DNA from: Acidimicrobiales bacterium
GTDB lineage: Bacteria; Actinomycetota; Acidimicrobiia; Acidimicrobiales; Ilumatobacteraceae
Length of the DNA: 64,000 nt
Reading direction: 5' to 3'
NCBI GenBank assembly: GCA_038234785.1
Contig: JBBQTC010000004.1
Coordinates: 20,173 to 84,172, forward strand
Part shown: in pieces, positions 34,319-44,729 of the stretch
Layout of the letters: each line of letters starts with the position of its first letter
Position numbering within the stretch: position 1 is the stretch's first letter
Notes under the pieces: generated by a model
What the model was told of the DNA's origin: nothing
The model's input: the letters and a program-made list of their open reading frames with translations, nothing else
The model's database searches: none
Position numbers and translations under genes: made by a program

Positions 34319-36622
34319 GTGCCAGCACTCATCGCCGAAGGCGGATATCAGGTTTTCACCCTCAAGGGTGGCGAATGGGCAGTGTTGCTGCTCTCCGTCG
34401 TAACCGCCCTTCTCGCCATTGTCGTCGGACTCTTCCTCGCCAAGTTGGTCCTCGCAGAAGACGAGGGCTCACCGAAGATGAAGGAGATCGCCACAGCGAT
34501 CCAGGAAGGAGCGTCGGCCTACCTGAGCCGCCAGTTCCGGACCATCGCGGTCATCCTCGTGCCGCTCGCCGTCATCGTCTTCCTGACCTCCACCAAGATC
34601 GTCCGCCCGGACGAGACGGTGGCGCTGGGCAAGGCCGCGTCCGGTCTGTTCCGCACCATCGCCTTCGTGCTCGGCTGCCTCGCGTCGGGCTTCACCGGCT
34701 ACATCGGCATGAACCTCGCCACCCGTGGCAACGTTCGTACCGCCGCAGCGGCGCTCACCAACAGCATGCCCAAGGCACTCACGGTCGCGTTCCGCACCGG
34801 CGGCGTGGCCGGCATGTTCACCGTCGGCCTCGGCCTCCTCGGTGCCACCACGATCATCATGGTGTTCCAGAACACCTCGTCGGTGATCCTGATCGGCTTC
34901 GGTTTCGGTGGTTCGTTGCTCGCGCTGTTCCTGCGCGTGGGCGGCGGCATCTTCACCAAGGCCGCCGACGTGGGCGCCGACCTCGTCGGCAAGATCGAAG
35001 CGGGCATCCCCGAGGACGACCCGCGCAACCCCGCCACGATCGCCGACAACGTCGGCGACAACGTCGGCGACTGCGCCGGCATGGCCGCCGACCTGTTCGA
35101 GAGCTACGAGGTCACGCTCGTCGCCTCGATCATCCTCGGCGTGGCGGCGTTCAACTCCGTCGGCGCCAACCCGGCGCTGGGCCTCATCTTCCCGCTGGCC
35201 GCTCGTGCCATCGGCGTGCTGGCGTCGATCGCCGGCGTGTTCGCCGTGAAGGCCAAGGAGGGCGAGACCAACGCCCTGAAGCCCATCAACAAGGGCTTCG
35301 CGGTCGCCGGCATCCTCACTCTCATCGGCACGCTGATCGTCGCCCTCGTCTACGTCGGCAACGACAACAACGACAACGCCGGCTGGAAGTGCTTCGGTGC
35401 CGTCGCCATCGGCCTCGTGCTCGCCCAAGGTGTCAGTCGCCTCACCGAGTACTACACCGGTACGCACTACGGCCCGGTGAAGGAGATCGCTGAGAGCGCC
35501 GAGACCGGCCCGGCCACCGTCGTGCTGTCCGGTACCGCCAGCGGCCTGGAGAGCTCGGTCTACGCCGTCATCGCCATCGCCATCGCCATCGCGGTGGCGC
35601 TGGCCCTGGGCGACGGCAACCTCACCTTTTCGCTGTACCTCGTGGCCCTCACCGGCATGGGCATGCTCGCCACCACCGGCGTCATCGTCTCGGAGGACAC
35701 CTTCGGTCCGGTCAGCGACAACGCAGCCGGCATCGCCGAGATGAGCGGCGAGTTCCACGGCGAGCCCGAGCGCATCATGGTCAGCCTCGACGCGGTGGGC
35801 AACACCACCAAGGCCGTCACCAAGGGCTTCGCCATCGGCTCTGCGGTCATCGCCGCCGTCGCCCTGTTCGCCAGCTTCATCGAGACCGCCGGTGGCGAGC
35901 TCGGAGTCGTCCCGGAGAACCTCAAGGACGGCGTGTTCAAGGCCAAGGAACTGATGATCAACGTCGCCGACCCGAAGATCTTCATCGGTCTGCTCATCGG
36001 CGGCGCCGTGCCGTTCCTGTTCTCGTCGTTCGCCATCCGCGCCGTCGGTCGTACCGCCGGCGTCGTGGTGCAGGAAGTGCGCAAGCAGTTCGCCGACGGC
36101 AAGATCATGAAGGGCGAGAAGGAGCCCGAGTACGGCCCGGTCATCGACATCTGCACCGAGGCCTCGCTCCGCGAGCTCGCCACGCCGGCACTGCTCGCCG
36201 TGCTCACCCCGGTGGTCATCGGGTTCGGCATCGATTGGAAGGCGCTCGGCGCATTCCTCGCCGCGGTCATCCTCGTCGGCCAGCTGATGGCCAACTACCT
36301 CAGCAACGCCGGTGGTGCGTGGGACAACGCGAAGAAGTACATCGAGGACGGTCATCACGGCGGCAAGGGCAGCGATGCCCACAAGGCTGCCGTCATCGGT
36401 GACACCGTCGGCGACCCGTTCAAGGACACCGCCGGCCCCGCACTCAACCCGCTGATCAAGGTGATGAACCTGGTCTCGCTGCTCGTCCTGCCGGCCATCA
36501 TCAGCCTGCAGGACAACGACGGCGCCCGCTTCAGCATCGCCGCCGCGGCATTGGTGGTGCTGATCGGTGCGATCGTGTTCACCAGTCGCAAGAGCAACTC
36601 GATCTCGGCATCCGCCGTCTGA
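34319..36622 (+). CDS. hppA: Membrane-bound proton/sodium-translocating pyrophosphatase
   Basis: EIATAIQEGASAYLSRQF, GGGIFTKAADVGADLVGK, DNVGDNVGDCAGMAADLFESY, GDTVGDPFKDTAGPALNPLIKV. GTG at 34319 is preceded by GGAG at 6 nt; the track start TTG at 34265 is the alternative. Confidence 0.93.
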   Translation: MPALIAEGGYQVFTLKGGEWAVLLLSVVTALLAIVVGLFLAKLVLAEDEGSPKMKEIATAIQEGASAYLSRQFRTIAVILVPLAVIVFLTSTKIVRPDETVALGKAASGLFRTIAFVLGCLASGFTGYIGMNLATRGNVRTAAAALTNSMPKALTVAFRTGGVAGMFTVGLGLLGATTIIMVFQNTSSVILIGFGFGGSLLALFLRVGGGIFTKAADVGADLVGKIEAGIPEDDPRNPATIADNVGDNVGDCAGMAADLFESYEVTLVASIILGVAAFNSVGANPALGLIFPLAARAIGVLASIAGVFAVKAKEGETNALKPINKGFAVAGILTLIGTLIVALVYVGNDNNDNAGWKCFGAVAIGLVLAQGVSRLTEYYTGTHYGPVKEIAESAETGPATVVLSGTASGLESSVYAVIAIAIAIAVALALGDGNLTFSLYLVALTGMGMLATTGVIVSEDTFGPVSDNAAGIAEMSGEFHGEPERIMVSLDAVGNTTKAVTKGFAIGSAVIAAVALFASFIETAGGELGVVPENLKDGVFKAKELMINVADPKIFIGLLIGGAVPFLFSSFAIRAVGRTAGVVVQEVRKQFADGKIMKGEKEPEYGPVIDICTEASLRELATPALLAVLTPVVIGFGIDWKALGAFLAAVILVGQLMANYLSNAGGAWDNAKKYIEDGHHGGKGSDAHKAAVIGDTVGDPFKDTAGPALNPLIKVMNLVSLLVLPAIISLQDNDGARFSIAAAALVVLIGAIVFTSRKSNSISASAV

Positions 36623-36640
36623 TCATCGCACTCGAACGTG

Positions 36641-36677
36641 GGAAGGCCCGGGCAGCTGCCCGGGCCTTCCTGCTTTT
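36641..36677 (+). terminator. Intrinsic terminator after hppA
   Basis: Perfect 30-nt palindrome GGAAGGCCCGGGCAG|CTGCCCGGGCCTTCC followed by TGCTTTT. Confidence 0.75.
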
Positions 36678-36688
36678 GAGCGCTAGCG

Positions 36689-37345
36689 TTGCCGACCGTG
36701 CTCGGGCTGCTGGATTTCGCCAACGAATGGATCAAGAACGGTGGCGTCGTCGTGCTCGCCGTGATCATCTTCGCCGAGTCCGGCTTGCTCATCGGCTTCT
36801 TCCTTCCCGGCGACTCGCTGCTGTTCTTCGCCGGGTTCCTGTCGTCGGCCGCAGCGGTCGACCAGTTCAGCGAGCGATACATGCCGGTCCTGCCCGTGCT
36901 CTGGCTGGTCGCTGCGGTCGCCGCGATCGCCGGCGATCAGGTCGGCTACTTCATCGGCACCCGCATCGGGCCATCGTTGATGCATCGCCCGAAGAGTCGG
37001 TTCTTCGACCCGGCCAACGTGCACAAGGCCGAGCAGTTCTTCGAGAAGTACGGCGCCAAGACCATCGTGCTCGCCCGGTTCGTGCCGATCGTGCGCACCT
37101 TCGTGCCCACCGTGGCCGGGGTCAGCAGCATGCACTACCGCACGTTCGTGATCTTCAACGTCATCGGTGGGACGCTGTGGGCCGTCGGACTGACCACGCT
37201 CGGGTTCTACCTCGGCGAGATCGACGTCGTGAAGAACAACATCGAGATCGCGGCGATCGTGATCGTGGCAGTGTCGGTCACGCCGCTGGCGGTCGAGTTC
37301 GTCCGGCACCGCCGCAAGGCTGCTGCCGAGGCGTCGACCGACTGA
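36689..37345 (+). CDS. dedA: DedA-family membrane protein
   Basis: TTG start (GTG at 36698 is the alternative). FAESGLLIGFFLPGDSLLF and ARFVPIVRTFVPTVAG are the DedA/SNARE-associated signatures. Confidence 0.85.
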   Translation: MPTVLGLLDFANEWIKNGGVVVLAVIIFAESGLLIGFFLPGDSLLFFAGFLSSAAAVDQFSERYMPVLPVLWLVAAVAAIAGDQVGYFIGTRIGPSLMHRPKSRFFDPANVHKAEQFFEKYGAKTIVLARFVPIVRTFVPTVAGVSSMHYRTFVIFNVIGGTLWAVGLTTLGFYLGEIDVVKNNIEIAAIVIVAVSVTPLAVEFVRHRRKAAAEASTD

Positions 37346-37408
37346 GAGCGACACCCAACTGACACGCGCCCAGGGGAACCCGGGTCGACGGGTCGCCGTC
37401 GAACCCGC

Positions 37409-38434
37409 ATGGCACACGTGAACAACGCCAGACGAGGGTTGGGGGCTGTCGCCCTCCTCGTGCTGATGACACTTTCCGCTTGCGGAAGCGACAGCTCATC
37501 GTCGCAGGCCACTGTCGGCCTGCCGGCGCAACCCAACCCCGTGGGCGGGGATCGAACGTTGACGGACGGGCAATCGGCCACCGGTGGCGGGGAGGCCACC
37601 GCGGGCACAGCGCCCTCGCCGAACGACGGGGTGCCGAGCTCGGTGCTGCAGCCCGACGCACGTCAACTCGTGATCAAGATGACGGTGGGGATCGAGGTGA
37701 CCTCGGTGTCGTCGGCGGTGGATGCAGTGATCTCGCTCGCCACTTCGCACGGCGGCCGGCTGTACAACTCGAACCTCGACCTGACGGACCCGGATCATGC
37801 GAGCGGGGACCTGGTCTTCAAGTTGCCTCCGGATCAGGCCCAGTCGTTCGTGACCGGTCTCGACAACGGCATCGGGCGACGGACCGGCCTGCAGGGCACG
37901 ACGGACGATGTCACCCGTCAGTTGACCGATCTCGACTCGCAGATCCTCACCGCCCGGGCGAGCGTCGAACGGGTACGGGCGATGTTGACTGCCGCCAAGG
38001 ACCTCGGCGAGGTGGTCGCGCTCGAAGGCGAGCTCACCACACGCGAGACCCATCTGGAACAACTCCTCGCGCAGCGGGCAGACCTGGGAGGTCAGGTCGC
38101 CCTCGCCACCATCACCGTCCACCTCACCACCGCACCCGCTCCGCTCGCGGCACCGCCGGCCCCGACCCCTGCCGCTCACACCGGCGTCGGTGGGGCCTTC
38201 GCCAGAGGCTGGGAGGCGTTCGCAGCCGTGCTGCTCGCCGTCGCCCTGTTCGTCGGCTACACCGCCCCGTTCCTCGTGCTCGGCGCCATCGCGGCCGTCG
38301 TGACGATCCGGGTCACCCGTCGGCGGGCGACGGTGCAACGAAGTCGATCAACTGCTCCACCGCCCCCACCAGTTCCGGGCGGAGATCCGCGAACGACTGC
38401 ACCCGATTCCGGAGCTGCGGCCAGAACCCCCTGA
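37409..38434 (+). CDS. DUF4349-domain lipoprotein
   Basis: Lipobox LMTLSAC. Coiled-coil segment (LDSQILTARASVERVRAML...EGELTTRETHLEQLLAQRADL). C-terminal TM helices. Pro-rich tail. Confidence 0.75.
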   Translation: MAHVNNARRGLGAVALLVLMTLSACGSDSSSSQATVGLPAQPNPVGGDRTLTDGQSATGGGEATAGTAPSPNDGVPSSVLQPDARQLVIKMTVGIEVTSVSSAVDAVISLATSHGGRLYNSNLDLTDPDHASGDLVFKLPPDQAQSFVTGLDNGIGRRTGLQGTTDDVTRQLTDLDSQILTARASVERVRAMLTAAKDLGEVVALEGELTTRETHLEQLLAQRADLGGQVALATITVHLTTAPAPLAAPPAPTPAAHTGVGGAFARGWEAFAAVLLAVALFVGYTAPFLVLGAIAAVVTIRVTRRRATVQRSRSTAPPPPPVPGGDPRTTAPDSGAAARTP

Positions 38435-39122
38435 CATCGGTGCCGAGTGCCGCGCACATTCCTTCCTTCCAGGGAATGCCGCGTGGCACGTCGGGCCATT
38501 CGGTGAGGCCCATCACCCGTGGCCAGACGCCTGCCCACACGTCGACGAACGGGTGGCCGGTGACCAGCACATGGTCGCCGGCCACCTGGCGGGCGAGCCG
38601 ATCCTCCTTGGACCCGGTGACGAGGTGATCGACGAGGATGCCCAACGTGCGGCCGCGGCCGGGGTCGAACTCGGCGACCATCGCCACGACGTCGTCGAGG
38701 CCGTGCATCGGCTCGACGACGATACCCAGCTCGCGCAGGTCGTCGCCCCAGACGTGCTCGACGAGTTCGGCGTCGTGTCGGCCCTCGACCCAGATGCGAC
38801 TGGCCACCGCCCGTCGAGCCCGAGCTGGCGCAGCCGCGGCAACCGATCCACTGTTGGTGACCCGGGGTCCCGCTGTCGGCACGGCGGGCCGGGCGAGCGT
38901 GACCGGCTTCCCGTCGATCAGGAAACCACCGGGCTTGAACACGAACTCGCGGCTCATGCCGCGCCGGTCGCGCAGGGTGACTGCCCGAGCGTCGACCTTC
39001 ACCACATCGCCGCAGAACCCGCTGGCGCGGTCCTCCACCACCAGCCCGGTCGCGGCCGCGACGACCGGATAGGCGGGGCCACGGCGCTGCCGGTCGAACT
39101 CGTCGAGGATGTCTCGGCTCAT
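38313..39122 (-). CDS. DUF3097-domain protein
   Basis: ATG at 39122 overlaps the upstream stop (ATGA). The sequence (IWVEGRHDAELVEHVWGDDLR..GIVVEP..G.DD) matches my recollection of the actinobacterial DUF3097 family. The track ORF to 39530 is an extension. Confidence 0.7.
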   Translation of the reverse strand: MSRDILDEFDRQRRGPAYPVVAAATGLVVEDRASGFCGDVVKVDARAVTLRDRRGMSREFVFKPGGFLIDGKPVTLARPAVPTAGPRVTNSGSVAAAAPARARRAVASRIWVEGRHDAELVEHVWGDDLRELGIVVEPMHGLDDVVAMVAEFDPGRGRTLGILVDHLVTGSKEDRLARQVAGDHVLVTGHPFVDVWAGVWPRVMGLTEWPDVPRGIPWKEGMCAALGTDVRGFWPQLRNRVQSFADLRPELVGAVEQLIDFVAPSPADG

Positions 39123-39760
39123 GGTTCGTCCACGGTACGCGCCAACCACCCATCGCGGGTGAGCACCTGCAGGACATGGCTGCCGTCGCCGCGACGGTAC
39201 GGCGCCCAGGGCAGGTGATCCCCCGACGGCATCGCCAGCGCCACGGGCCGGTACGGCGCCCCCCAGACGTGCACTCGGTGACCGAAACCCTCCAGCGCGA
39301 GCACCCCGTCGGTGAGCTCGATCTCCGCGTCGATCTCGCCGGACTGCTCGTACCCGTGAGCGATCGGGGTCGCAGCTTCGGCGGAGTACCACTCGACGTC
39401 GAACGTCACCGGTGCCGGTGTGCCGTAGGGCCGTCGAGCCGCGTCCATCGGGTCGTCGAGCAGCACGCCGTGCGCCTCGTTGCCCAGGCTCCACTGCTGG
39501 AACGGCACGTCGCAGGTGTGACCCGCCCACATCTCGGGTGGCTTGATCTCGAGGTCGTTGCGCAACCCCGTGCCATCGAGCTCCTCGACGTACAGGTACG
39601 GCTGCCCGACGCGCAGGAGACCTGCCCAGTAGTCAAACCGGCGCCCCCGGAGTTCGAGCCCAACGAAGAACCCGACGTCGAGATCCGGCGTCCACCCCCA
39701 CCACCACCACGCCTCGACGGCGACATCGTCGTGGCGCAGTTCGTCGGCATTCGTGAACAC
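39119..39760 (-). CDS. Conserved hypothetical protein (Trp-rich N-terminus)
   Basis: GTG at 39760 is the first plausible start in the 39119..40276 frame (VFTNADELRHDDVAVEAWWWWGW...). Coupled to the DUF3097 gene. Family not recognised. Confidence 0.5.
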   Translation of the reverse strand: MFTNADELRHDDVAVEAWWWWGWTPDLDVGFFVGLELRGRRFDYWAGLLRVGQPYLYVEELDGTGLRNDLEIKPPEMWAGHTCDVPFQQWSLGNEAHGVLLDDPMDAARRPYGTPAPVTFDVEWYSAEAATPIAHGYEQSGEIDAEIELTDGVLALEGFGHRVHVWGAPYRPVALAMPSGDHLPWAPYRRGDGSHVLQVLTRDGWLARTVDEP

Positions 39761-39772
39761 GTGGGCCAGACT

Positions 39773-40171
39773 ATGCGGGTGATCCGATATCTCAGTCTGG
39801 AGTGGCTCGACGCACTCACCGCCGAAGTCGCCGCGAGTGCCGACCTGCAGCGATTGGCCGACGACCACACGATCGGCGTGACGCAGGTGGTCACCGAAGG
39901 CCCCGAAGGCACCGTCATCTACCACCTGCAGGTGGGCAACGGGTCGGCCACGTTCGGGGCCGGGGCTGCGGTTCCCGAGGACGTCCGGATGGAGCAGACG
40001 TGGACCACCGCCATCGGGGTGGCCACCGGGGACATCAACGCTCAGGAGGCGTTCATCAAGGGACGCATCCTGCTCACCGGAAGCCAGCAGAAGCTGGTCG
40101 ACGCCGGACCCGTCTTCGCCGCACTCGACACGGTGTTCCGCTCCGTTCGCGATCGCACCGACTACCGCTGA
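39773..40171 (+). CDS. SCP2 sterol-binding-domain protein
   Basis: ATG at 39773. LSLEWLDAL...QAEAFIKGRILLTGSQQKLV-type C-terminus (here AQEAFIKGRILLTGSQQKLVD) is typical of small actinobacterial SCP2 proteins. Confidence 0.7.
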   Translation: MRVIRYLSLEWLDALTAEVAASADLQRLADDHTIGVTQVVTEGPEGTVIYHLQVGNGSATFGAGAAVPEDVRMEQTWTTAIGVATGDINAQEAFIKGRILLTGSQQKLVDAGPVFAALDTVFRSVRDRTDYR

Positions 40172-40181
40172 GGAGCGAGGA

Positions 40182-41018
40182 ATGCCCGAGCTGCCCGAGG
40201 TGCAGGCCCACGCCGAGCGACTCACCGAGCAGTTCCGCGGCGCGGTGCTGCAGCGGTTCGTCCCCTTCAACTTCACCGCGTTGAAGACCGCCGTCCCACG
40301 CCCGCAGGACGCCTACGGCATCCCCCTGCGTGGGGTCGGCCGTCGGGGAAAGTATCTCCTGCTCGACTTCGAGGCGGTCCATTTCGTCATCCATCTCATG
40401 CAGGGAGGGCGACTGCTCGTCGACGACAAGCAGTCGCCCAAACCGCGCAACGGCCAGGCGCGGCTGGTGTTCGAACAGGGTCCGGCGTTGTTGCTCACCG
40501 AAGCGGGCAAGGAGCGCCGCGCCGGTGTCTGGTGCGTGGCGACCGAGCAACTCGACGGTCCCCCACTCAACCGCCTGGGGCCGGACGCGCTGACCTTCAC
40601 GCCGGAGTCACTGGCCGCGGCCTTCGCGGCCACCAACATGCGGGTGCACGGCTTCCTGCGCGACCAGCACCAGATCGCCGGGCTGGGGCGAATGCTCGCC
40701 AATGAGGTGTGCCACCGGGCGAAGGTGTCGCCGTTCGCGATGACCGGCAAGCTCGGGCCAGAAGGTGCGGCGACCGTGTGGCAGGCGATCCACGACGCCA
40801 TCGACGACGGGCTGGCCTACGAACGCACGCGGACCGACATGAGCTCGTCGGCCGATCGCCCGGGTCGCGTGCACCACCGCGTCGGGCAGGCGTGTCCGAT
40901 CTGCGCCGACGCGATCCGATCGGTGAGCTACAGCGGCTACACCGTGGCCTACTGCCCCACCTGCCAGACCGGTGGCAAGGTCCTCGCCGACAACACCACC
41001 AGCAAGTTCCTCAAGTAA
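40182..41018 (+). CDS. Fpg/Nei-family DNA glycosylase / AP lyase
   Basis: N-terminal MPELPEV catalytic motif, H2TH region, C-terminal zinc finger CPICADAI...YCPTCQ. Confidence 0.88.
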   Translation: MPELPEVQAHAERLTEQFRGAVLQRFVPFNFTALKTAVPRPQDAYGIPLRGVGRRGKYLLLDFEAVHFVIHLMQGGRLLVDDKQSPKPRNGQARLVFEQGPALLLTEAGKERRAGVWCVATEQLDGPPLNRLGPDALTFTPESLAAAFAATNMRVHGFLRDQHQIAGLGRMLANEVCHRAKVSPFAMTGKLGPEGAATVWQAIHDAIDDGLAYERTRTDMSSSADRPGRVHHRVGQACPICADAIRSVSYSGYTVAYCPTCQTGGKVLADNTTSKFLK

Positions 41019-41043
41019 CACGACCCGGCGTACGCTCGCGCGC

Positions 41044-41749
41044 ATGCCGATCCACATCCGCGCCGAAGCCTCCGACTACGCACCTGCCGTACTGGTCCCC
41101 GGAGATCCACGCAGGGCGCGCTACATCGCGGAGACCTTCTTCGACCCCGGCTTCCGTCTCGTCAACGAGGAGCGCGGGGCCCTCGGGTTCACCGGCACGT
41201 TCGAGGGCAAGCCGATCAGCGTCCAGTCCGTCGGCATGGGATGCGCGAGCGCCGGCATCTACTACAACGAGCTCATCCAACTCGGCGCAACGAGGATCAT
41301 CCGCGTCGGCACCGCCGGCGGACTCGCCGACGGCCTGCACCTGGCCGACACCGTCGTCGCGATCAGTGCCACCGCCGACGACCCGGTCGTGGCTCAGCTC
41401 ACCGACGGCGAGGCCCACAGCCCCACGGCGTCATGGAACCTGGTCGAGCACGCCGTGTTGCGGGCTCGCGAGCTGGGTGCTCGCGTGCACGTCGGGCCGA
41501 TCGTCAGCAGCGGCCTGTTCTACGACCCGCGCAAGGGGATGATGCAGCGCTGGAAGGAGCGCGGTCACCTCGCGGTCGAGATGGAAGCGGCGATGCTCTA
41601 CACCCTGGGCGCGCTGCACGGGATCGAGACGCTCACGCTCGCAACGATCAGCGACCTGATCGCCGACGAGCAGAACGCAGAGCGCATCAGCGACGAGGAG
41701 TTGCAGATCGGCGTCGACCGCATGATGCGGGTCGGGTGCGACGTCGCCG

Positions 41750-41757
<8 letters not shown>
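41044..41757 (+). CDS. deoD: Purine (or uridine) nucleoside phosphorylase, DeoD-type hexameric family
   Basis: ATG at 41044. [50 protein letters not shown]. Confidence 0.8.
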
Positions 41758-42736
<979 letters not shown>

Positions 42737-42775
42737 GACCACGAGCGTACGCGCATCGGTGGACACGAGCGAAAG

Positions 42776-44683
42776 TCACGTGATGGTGGGGAGCCCGAGT
42801 TCGGCCAGGATCAGGTTGGCGTAGAAGTTGACCGCCGCAGTGCTGCAGGTGATGTGGATGCCATCGGGGCACAACTCGGTCTGCTGCGATTCGGTGGCCC
42901 AGTCGAGGATGCGCACGTTCCCATAGCGGTTGGGCAGGTCGTTGATGCGCTCGTTGTTCCCGGGCACCCATTCCACGTCGGCCCGGAGGGTCATGAACAC
43001 CACGCCGGCCGCGTCGATGGGCACCTCGGCCATGATGGCGTCGAGCTCCGCGTCGCTGGCCGGGGCGTTGGTCCCGACCTGGATCACGATCGTGGTTCCC
43101 GCGCCGATGGTGCCCTCGTCACGCATCTGGATGAGCGCGTTCTTGACGCCCGTCGGGCCGCGGTTCTCCTTGGCGTTGACGACCACACCTGCGGCCTCCA
43201 ACTGTGGCTTGGCGCCGACCATCACCGACTCGCCGATGGCCACGTTCGCTTCCGGGGCCTTCGGGATCGTGGTGCTCGTCGTCGCCGTCGTGCCGGTGCT
43301 GTCGCCGGGGACGACCACTGGTTCGGTGACCGGCGGGACGGTCTCGTCAGGGTTGTTGTTCTGCAGCGAACATTCGACGGCGCCGACGCACTGGGGGGAG
43401 GCGACGAGCATGCTGCACGCGGCGAGGCCGACCACGGCCACGACCGACAGCGACGCCACCATGATCACAGGCGTCCGCCGCAACGAGCGCAGCATGGGCC
43501 GCAGCTGACCCTTGCGGATCGGTGTCTCCACGAAGCGGTAACTCAACTCGGTGATCGGGACGGTCACGAGCATGGCCAGAAGGAACTGGGTGAGGCTGAG
43601 CTCGATCTGGGCTTGCTTGCGAATGATCTGGTACACCGGCCAGTGGTACAGGTACAGGCCGTAGCTGCGGGTCCCGATCCACTTGAACAGCGGGTTGCCG
43701 AGCAGCCCGCCGGCCCGAGCGTGCTGGTGGGTCACGGCGGCGATGCACATGAGGGTGGCGACGCCGGCGACGAAGAACCCACCACGGAACAGCCATGGGT
43801 TGTAGCGGCCCTTCTCGAACAGGAAGACCGCCCAGGCCATGTAGGCCAGGATCACCAGACCGACGGCGGCGAGCGCGTCGAGTTGACGATGCTTGTGCAG
43901 CAAGGGCCCCCGGAGGATGGCTGCGGGGCGCCACAGCATCGCAAAGCCGGCGCCGAGCAGCAGGCCCCCGGCCCGGGTGACCGAGCTGAGGTACAGGGTG
44001 TCGTTGATGCTGATGCAGCGGCCGAAGACGTGCCAGTAGCCGTTGCTGGTCTCGGTGCTGCACGCAAGCGGCACGAACCCGTCGGCGAACAGAATGCCCA
44101 TCACCACGGTGATGGCGAAGCTGAGGCCGATGAGCTTCAGCCCGACCGAGGGCAGGTTGCGGCGGGATCGACGCAGGATGAGCACCATGACCAGCGGCCA
44201 CAGCAGATAGAACTGCTCCTCCACCGCGAGCGACCACAGGTGCCGCAACGGCACGAACGCCTCCGACGACGCGTAGCCCTGGCCGACGATGATCTGGTAC
44301 CAGTTGCTCACGTAGAGGAGCCCGGCCACGAAGTCGCCTCGGCTCTGCTCACGGACCGCCGGGTAGAACGCCGTGATGTAGACGACCAGCGCCGCCATCA
44401 TCACGTAGAGCGCCGGCAGCAGTCGCCGCGCCCGGCGCAGCCAGAACTGGCCCAGGTCGACCCCACCCGTACGCTCCCGCTCGCCGATGAGCAGCAGCGT
44501 GATGAGGTAACCGGAGATGACGAAGAACACCTCGACGCCGAGGTAGCCACCCCGCAGCCAGGTGTGGTTGGCGTGGTAGATCATCACGGCCACCACGGCG
44601 ACGGCCCGTAACCCGTCGAGGCCGGGCAGATACGGCACGCGACCGGCGCCGTCGGATGATGTGGTGGGGAGTGGCGCCGGCAT
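42776..44683 (-). CDS. Acyltransferase-3 family membrane protein fused to an SGNH/GDSL-like domain (OafA/YrhL type), copy 1
   Basis: LPGLDGLRAVAVVAVMIYH...GVEVFFVISGYLIT N-terminal signature, about 10-11 TMs, S/T/P linker, C-terminal SGNH-like domain (IGESVMVGA... GTN). Confidence 0.85.
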   Translation of the reverse strand: MPAPLPTTSSDGAGRVPYLPGLDGLRAVAVVAVMIYHANHTWLRGGYLGVEVFFVISGYLITLLLIGERERTGGVDLGQFWLRRARRLLPALYVMMAALVVYITAFYPAVREQSRGDFVAGLLYVSNWYQIIVGQGYASSEAFVPLRHLWSLAVEEQFYLLWPLVMVLILRRSRRNLPSVGLKLIGLSFAITVVMGILFADGFVPLACSTETSNGYWHVFGRCISINDTLYLSSVTRAGGLLLGAGFAMLWRPAAILRGPLLHKHRQLDALAAVGLVILAYMAWAVFLFEKGRYNPWLFRGGFFVAGVATLMCIAAVTHQHARAGGLLGNPLFKWIGTRSYGLYLYHWPVYQIIRKQAQIELSLTQFLLAMLVTVPITELSYRFVETPIRKGQLRPMLRSLRRTPVIMVASLSVVAVVGLAACSMLVASPQCVGAVECSLQNNNPDETVPPVTEPVVVPGDSTGTTATTSTTIPKAPEANVAIGESVMVGAKPQLEAAGVVVNAKENRGPTGVKNALIQMRDEGTIGAGTTIVIQVGTNAPASDAELDAIMAEVPIDAAGVVFMTLRADVEWVPGNNERINDLPNRYGNVRILDWATESQQTELCPDGIHITCSTAAVNFYANLILAELGLPTIT

Positions 44684-44729
44684 CGGCCCACCAGTATGGA
44701 CGATCAGGACCGGGCTCCACCGTCCCTGA

